Shown here: one piece after another, positions 59,765 through 64,000 of the stretch | How positions within the stretch are numbered: the first letter of the stretch is position 1 | How the letters are laid out: the number at the start of each line of letters is the position of its first letter | From: Bdellovibrionales bacterium | GTDB taxonomy: Bacteria; Bdellovibrionota; Bdellovibrionia; Bdellovibrionales; UBA1609 | Length of the DNA stretch: 64,000 bases | Direction of reading: 5' to 3' | Assembly (NCBI GenBank): GCA_965200875.1 | Contig: OZ241456.1 | Span: forward strand, 480,001 to 544,000 | Made by a program: the position numbers and the translations under genes | The notes under the pieces: model-generated | The model's database searches: none | What the model saw: only the letters and a program-made list of their open reading frames with translations | Told to the model about the DNA's origin: nothing

Positions 59765-60940
59765 TCAGGCTTTTTTGTATGTTAATTTTTCTTGTCTGTT
59801 TTTCACAGAGCTTTCATTATTTTTCTTTTTTTCCAGTGAAATCCACTGAGCATCCATTTTCCAAGTTTGTCCAAGCAGGGAGAAGCGGAATTTTTTTTGA
59901 GGTCTGCTTATATGCTTTAGCAATTCCAGTATATGTGATGTGCGATAATTTTTAAAGCCTTGTTGTTTCACATAATAGGCTAAAATTTTTTGTCTGTCCA
60001 CAACGGAAAAGATGGAAATTATGTCTCTCCTTAAGGAGTGAGTTTTAATCAATCCCTGATATATTGTTTTTATCCTTTTTTGGCTTTTTTGTGCTTGGTG
60101 GGACATCAAATCTAAAGATTTGGATAAAGCTTTTACAGAACCGGGTCTTTTTTCTTCCAGAAGTGGCAACCATTTTTGTCGAATCCAGTTTCTAAAACTG
60201 TATTCTGTAGATTGGTTACTGGGATCTTCACACCATTTTAATTTTGTTTTTCTGGCATAATCCATAATTTGAAAGCGATTAATGTGGATAAAAGGCCGAA
60301 TAAGTTTGTGATTTTTAAAAGACATGGCTTTTAAACCTTGTTCTCCTGTTCCACGAATAAGCCGGATCAAACGGGTTTCCAATAAATCGTCCGCCGTATG
60401 AGCTAATAATAGATAATCCGCTTTTGATTTTTTCAGGCAATCGGAAAACGCTTGATAACGATGTTTTCTCATTTCTGCTTCAGATAATTTTTTAATACTT
60501 GGTTTCAAAACATTATGTTTTTTTTGTCCTGTTTTGCCTTCAATTATAATGGGTTTTGTCGCGCATGTCCAATTTGACATCGGTTTTTTTTGTCCTGTTT
60601 TGCCTTTGTTTAAGTGTGAATGTTCAGGAGGTAGAGACCTTTCGTTTTGTTCAAAACGCGCTTGGTGTAAATTTGTTTGCATTAAATCCTGCCAAAAACT
60701 TTTTACAGTTTTCACTGAGTGATCTTGGAATTGTCTTTGATTTTTATCTTTTGCACCATGATGGACATGTATAACAGAAATATGCAAATTTAAAATATTT
60801 CTAACTTCCCACAAAACAGAAAGCAATGTCATTGAATCCACGCCTCCTGATACAGCAACTAAGAGGTGTTTGTTTGTTAATTTCCTGATTTGAAATTGTT
60901 TCAATAAATAATGAAACAAAAAATGTTTTGATTTTTTCAT
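59765..60940 (-). CDS. tilS: tRNA(Ile)-lysidine synthetase with internal insertion
   Basis: [29 protein letters not shown]; upstream of ftsH. Confidence 0.93.
   Translation of the reverse strand: MKKSKHFLFHYLLKQFQIRKLTNKHLLVAVSGGVDSMTLLSVLWEVRNILNLHISVIHVHHGAKDKNQRQFQDHSVKTVKSFWQDLMQTNLHQARFEQNERSLPPEHSHLNKGKTGQKKPMSNWTCATKPIIIEGKTGQKKHNVLKPSIKKLSEAEMRKHRYQAFSDCLKKSKADYLLLAHTADDLLETRLIRLIRGTGEQGLKAMSFKNHKLIRPFIHINRFQIMDYARKTKLKWCEDPSNQSTEYSFRNWIRQKWLPLLEEKRPGSVKALSKSLDLMSHQAQKSQKRIKTIYQGLIKTHSLRRDIISIFSVVDRQKILAYYVKQQGFKNYRTSHILELLKHISRPQKKFRFSLLGQTWKMDAQWISLEKKKNNESSVKNRQEKLTYKKA
60517..60606. repeat. 24-bp direct repeat pair, period 66, in frame within tilS
   Basis: GTTTTTTTTGTCCTGTTTTGCCTT at 60517 and 60583 (GKTGQKK twice). 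Confidence 0.85.
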
Positions 60941-61125
60941 CTAGGTTGGTTTCGGGCAATAATAACTTGTCTATTTTTATACCATCCACAGGAAAGACAC
61001 AGGCAATGAGGCTGGGTAAGTGCTCCACAGTTGAAACATTTTCCTGGATTTTTTGGTTTTATGGCACTATGAGCGCGTCTCATTCCTCTTCTGGATCGGC
61101 TGATTCTACTTTTAGGCTCTGCCAT
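60937..61125 (-). CDS. rpmF: 50S ribosomal protein L32
   Basis: [19 protein letters not shown], CxxC...H..CxxCG.Y. Confidence 0.95.
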   Translation of the reverse strand: MAEPKSRISRSRRGMRRAHSAIKPKNPGKCFNCGALTQPHCLCLSCGWYKNRQVIIARNQPR

Positions 61126-61375
61126 TTTTTACCTCTTTGTTTTATGAAACCTGTATCATTTATTTGCTTTTTTACTGATAAAATCAGGTAAAATCAAGTA
61201 TTGTTTTTTGAAGTTATTGAAAATTTCTCCGAGGTTAAAATGGGTTTCCATGCGACTTGTCAGGGAAAAGTGTAAGAACATAGTTGATTTATTTGGTTTA
61301 TTGCGTTATTTTTAAAGGAATTTCGTTTTTGGAGAGCATAAATAGTGATTATACAGGTTCAAAAGGGAGGAATAC

Positions 61376-62164
61376 ATGAGATGCCATAAAGTAGATTATG
61401 AAATTTTAGGTGATGATCTGCAAGTTGTGGAAGTAGAGCTGGATCAGCACGAAACTGTGATAGCTGAAGCAGGAGCCATGAACTATATGGATGAAGGTGT
61501 TTCTTTCACAGCAAAAATGGGGGATGGTTCCAATCCAGAAGCGGGATTTTTTGATAAAATGCTTGGGGTGGGGAAACGTGTCCTCACCGGAGAGTCTTTG
61601 TTTTTAACACATTTTACGAATCAGGCTCGGGAAAAGCAAAGAGTATCTTTTTCTGCTCCCTATCCAGGAAAAATACTTCCTTTGGACATGAGTCAATATG
61701 GAAATGAAGTGATTTGTCAAAAAGATGCGTTTCTTGCGGCGGCCTTTGGTACTCAAGTCAGCATTACTTTTCGAAAAAACATAATGGCTGGTTTTTTTGG
61801 AGGAGAAGGTTTTATTTTGCAAAAAATAAAAGGAGATGGATTGGCTTTTTTACATGGCGGAGGAACTATTGTTCGAAAACAGCTTATGGGAAACACATTA
61901 AGAGTGGATACCGGATGTCTAATGGCCTTTACTAGGGGAATTGAGTATTCCATTGAACGGGCGGGAAACATAAAATCCATGATTTTTGGAGGAGAAGGGT
62001 TGTTTTTGGCCACTCTTAAAGGACAAGGAGCTGTCTGGCTTCATAGTTTGCCTTTTTCCCGATTGGCAGAAAGAATTTTAAGAAACGCACCTTCTGAGGG
62101 AGGTCGTCAAATGGGTGAAGGTTCTTTATTAGGATCGGCAGGAAAAGTCTTTGAAAGAATATAA
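61376..62164 (+). CDS. TIGR00266/AIM24 family protein
   Basis: [36 protein letters not shown] motifs. Confidence 0.92.
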   Translation: MRCHKVDYEILGDDLQVVEVELDQHETVIAEAGAMNYMDEGVSFTAKMGDGSNPEAGFFDKMLGVGKRVLTGESLFLTHFTNQAREKQRVSFSAPYPGKILPLDMSQYGNEVICQKDAFLAAAFGTQVSITFRKNIMAGFFGGEGFILQKIKGDGLAFLHGGGTIVRKQLMGNTLRVDTGCLMAFTRGIEYSIERAGNIKSMIFGGEGLFLATLKGQGAVWLHSLPFSRLAERILRNAPSEGGRQMGEGSLLGSAGKVFERI

Positions 62165-63170
62165 GAGTTTTTTTATGTACTTGAGTATAGTTTTTTCATT
62201 TTTAGTGAAATGTATGAATGCGATTTATTTTAAGTTTCGTATACCTATAACTATAGGTGCTTTACTGATTACCACTTCTATTGTTTTTGGAGAGGAAGAT
62301 ATTGTTGCTGAAGAAGAGCACGATATGACATACAACGATAACTCTGTAAATTCTGAAAATGAAGAACAGGTTCAAGAGCATGTAGAAGGTCAGCTTTTGG
62401 AGACTTCAGCACTAAAGCGTTGGATGCTTTCCATTCCCTTTCAAAGGATTGAGCCAGGAAGTTTTTTAATAGGCAGTCCCACGGATGAATTGGGGAGACA
62501 TTCTGATGAAGACCAACAACAAGTGGAAATAACAAGACCCTTTGAGATAATGGAGACAGAGGTGACTCAAAGCCAGTGGGTTCATGTGATGGGGGAAAAT
62601 CCTTCGTATTTTCAAAGAGCGGAAGACTGTGATGATCATATAAAAGGGATGTGTCCGAATCATCCTGTGGAGCAGGTTTCTTGGGAGCAGGTGCAGAAAT
62701 TTATAAAACAACTTAATGATTCTTTAGGGCTTACGGACTGCGATGGAACACCTGACAGTCAGGCAGGTTGTTATCGTTTGCCGACAGAAGCGGAGTGGGA
62801 GTATTCTGCGAGAGCTGGCACAGAGGTGGCGTTTTCTTATGAAGATGGTTTTTTTTCAGATTTAGAGGATTATGCTTGGTACATAGATAACTCTGAAAGC
62901 AGAACGCATAAAGTGGGGACGAAAAAACCTAATCCGAATGGATTGTATGATATACATGGGAATGTATGGGAATGGGTGCAGGATGGATATGTAAAGGAAT
63001 TGCCGGGAGGAACAGATCCTTTAAATAACCCTTCTGATTCAGTTCAGCGTGTTTATCGTGGCGGGAGTTGGTTTGAGAACATACCTCATTTACGCTCTGC
63101 GGTTCGTGGAACAAAAGAACCCCTCTTTGGGAGTAATGATATTGGATTTCGTCTGCTGAGAACACTATAA
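62151..63170 (+). CDS. SUMF1/FGE-sulfatase domain protein (start uncertain)
   Basis: [39 protein letters not shown] motifs. Confidence 0.92.
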   Translation: MKEYKSFFMYLSIVFSFLVKCMNAIYFKFRIPITIGALLITTSIVFGEEDIVAEEEHDMTYNDNSVNSENEEQVQEHVEGQLLETSALKRWMLSIPFQRIEPGSFLIGSPTDELGRHSDEDQQQVEITRPFEIMETEVTQSQWVHVMGENPSYFQRAEDCDDHIKGMCPNHPVEQVSWEQVQKFIKQLNDSLGLTDCDGTPDSQAGCYRLPTEAEWEYSARAGTEVAFSYEDGFFSDLEDYAWYIDNSESRTHKVGTKKPNPNGLYDIHGNVWEWVQDGYVKELPGGTDPLNNPSDSVQRVYRGGSWFENIPHLRSAVRGTKEPLFGSNDIGFRLLRTL

Positions 63171-63180
63171 ATCATACTGT

Positions 63181-63897
63181 TTAATAGTGACAGGTACTGC
63201 AATTTACAGGAGCTTGATTTTCCTCTTTTCTATGACATTGCACACACCACCCCATAGATAAAGATTCATGTTGATACATAATTTCCATATTTTCCACTTT
63301 TCCATGACAAGTGGTGCAGGTTTTTCGTATTTGCTCTTTAGAAGGAGGTAATCGAGAGGTTTCCACGAATCCTGTTGTCTTGCCTTGTTTTGAACTTTTT
63401 GTTTGTGTCTTTTTGCCGGCTAAGGCTTTGATATGGAGAGAATGATTAAACTTTACAAAATCCGGCAGTAAATGCACTTTTTCCCAAACAATAGGCTGGT
63501 TATTTGTATAAGCCTCCACTAGTTTTTGAATCAAAGGGCTTTCTGGTTTCACTGTTAGGTGACAGTTTATACAAATATCCAAACTAGGCACACCAGCATG
63601 ACGCCCTTCTTCTACAGCTGTGTGGCAATACCGGCAATCCATTCCATACTCTCCTACATGGATAGCGTGAGAGAAAGGAACAGGTTGATCCGGCTGATAA
63701 TTGTTATTATAAGCCAATCGAAGCTTGTTGTTTGAAATCATAAAAATAAAGACAGCAAGACCTGTAAAAATAGCAAAAAACACCACTGCTCCAATCACAC
63801 GGGTGGGAATTGCGCCATGATTCCAAGTGGTGCACTTGAGCACAAAATTCGCAAGTCGCGTTTTTTTATAATCTCTGTTGCTCTTGATATATATCAT
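63181..63897 (-). CDS. actA: Alternative complex III pentaheme cytochrome c
   Basis: TM helix, QPVPFSH..H, five CxxCH motifs, MGWCVQCH. Confidence 0.88.
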   Translation of the reverse strand: MIYIKSNRDYKKTRLANFVLKCTTWNHGAIPTRVIGAVVFFAIFTGLAVFIFMISNNKLRLAYNNNYQPDQPVPFSHAIHVGEYGMDCRYCHTAVEEGRHAGVPSLDICINCHLTVKPESPLIQKLVEAYTNNQPIVWEKVHLLPDFVKFNHSLHIKALAGKKTQTKSSKQGKTTGFVETSRLPPSKEQIRKTCTTCHGKVENMEIMYQHESLSMGWCVQCHRKEENQAPVNCSTCHY

Positions 63898-64000
63898 TGC
63901 TGTTGTTATTCTCGTTTAATGTTTGTGCCCGTAAAAGCACTGGTAAAAAATCAAGTGATAACAGTGTGTTATTACTTTTCAGGACCGACTGAGATAGATT

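Noticed and set aside
10833..60610. Shared LNKGKT / GTTTTGCCTTTGTT in the fadJ and tilS inserts as a common element
   Set aside because: Only 14 bp, with no flanking similarity.
887..63165. Many short antisense or nested ORFs in the track (e.g. 26829-27302, 58854-59270)
   Set aside because: They lie opposite or inside well-supported genes and show no recognisable motifs.

Overview
AT-rich bacterial chromosomal segment. Gene order (asd-OMP-truA; rpsU-yqeY-dnaG-rpoD-tRNA; HD-glmS; rpmF-tilS-ftsH; alternative complex III genes) suggests a Bdellovibrionota-like organism (inference, no search run). Two defence-rich blocks interrupt the housekeeping genes. Block 1 (~13.6-20.8 kb) has an AAA/DUF4143 ATPase, a truncated endonuclease, a Dsr1-like SIR2 protein, an IS200 relic and an AbiTii-like pseudogene. 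Block 2 (~29.3-53.0 kb) has a type II RM with two MTases, an IS3 element, a five-gene minus-strand run headed by a DarT-macrodomain fusion, a nonsense-split AAA ATPase, a Schlafen/AlbA_2 protein preceded by a 109-bp tandem array, an SF1 helicase-nuclease and type III Mod/Res. Main signals: the 109-bp array; the toxin-antitoxin fusion; interleaved direct repeats copying the actE 3' end around the RM genes; recurring repeat-spacer-repeat scars of 60-71 bp period; a dispersed element at gene ends; and an intact thiolase lacking all three catalytic residues. Family calls come from recognised motifs, not database searches.
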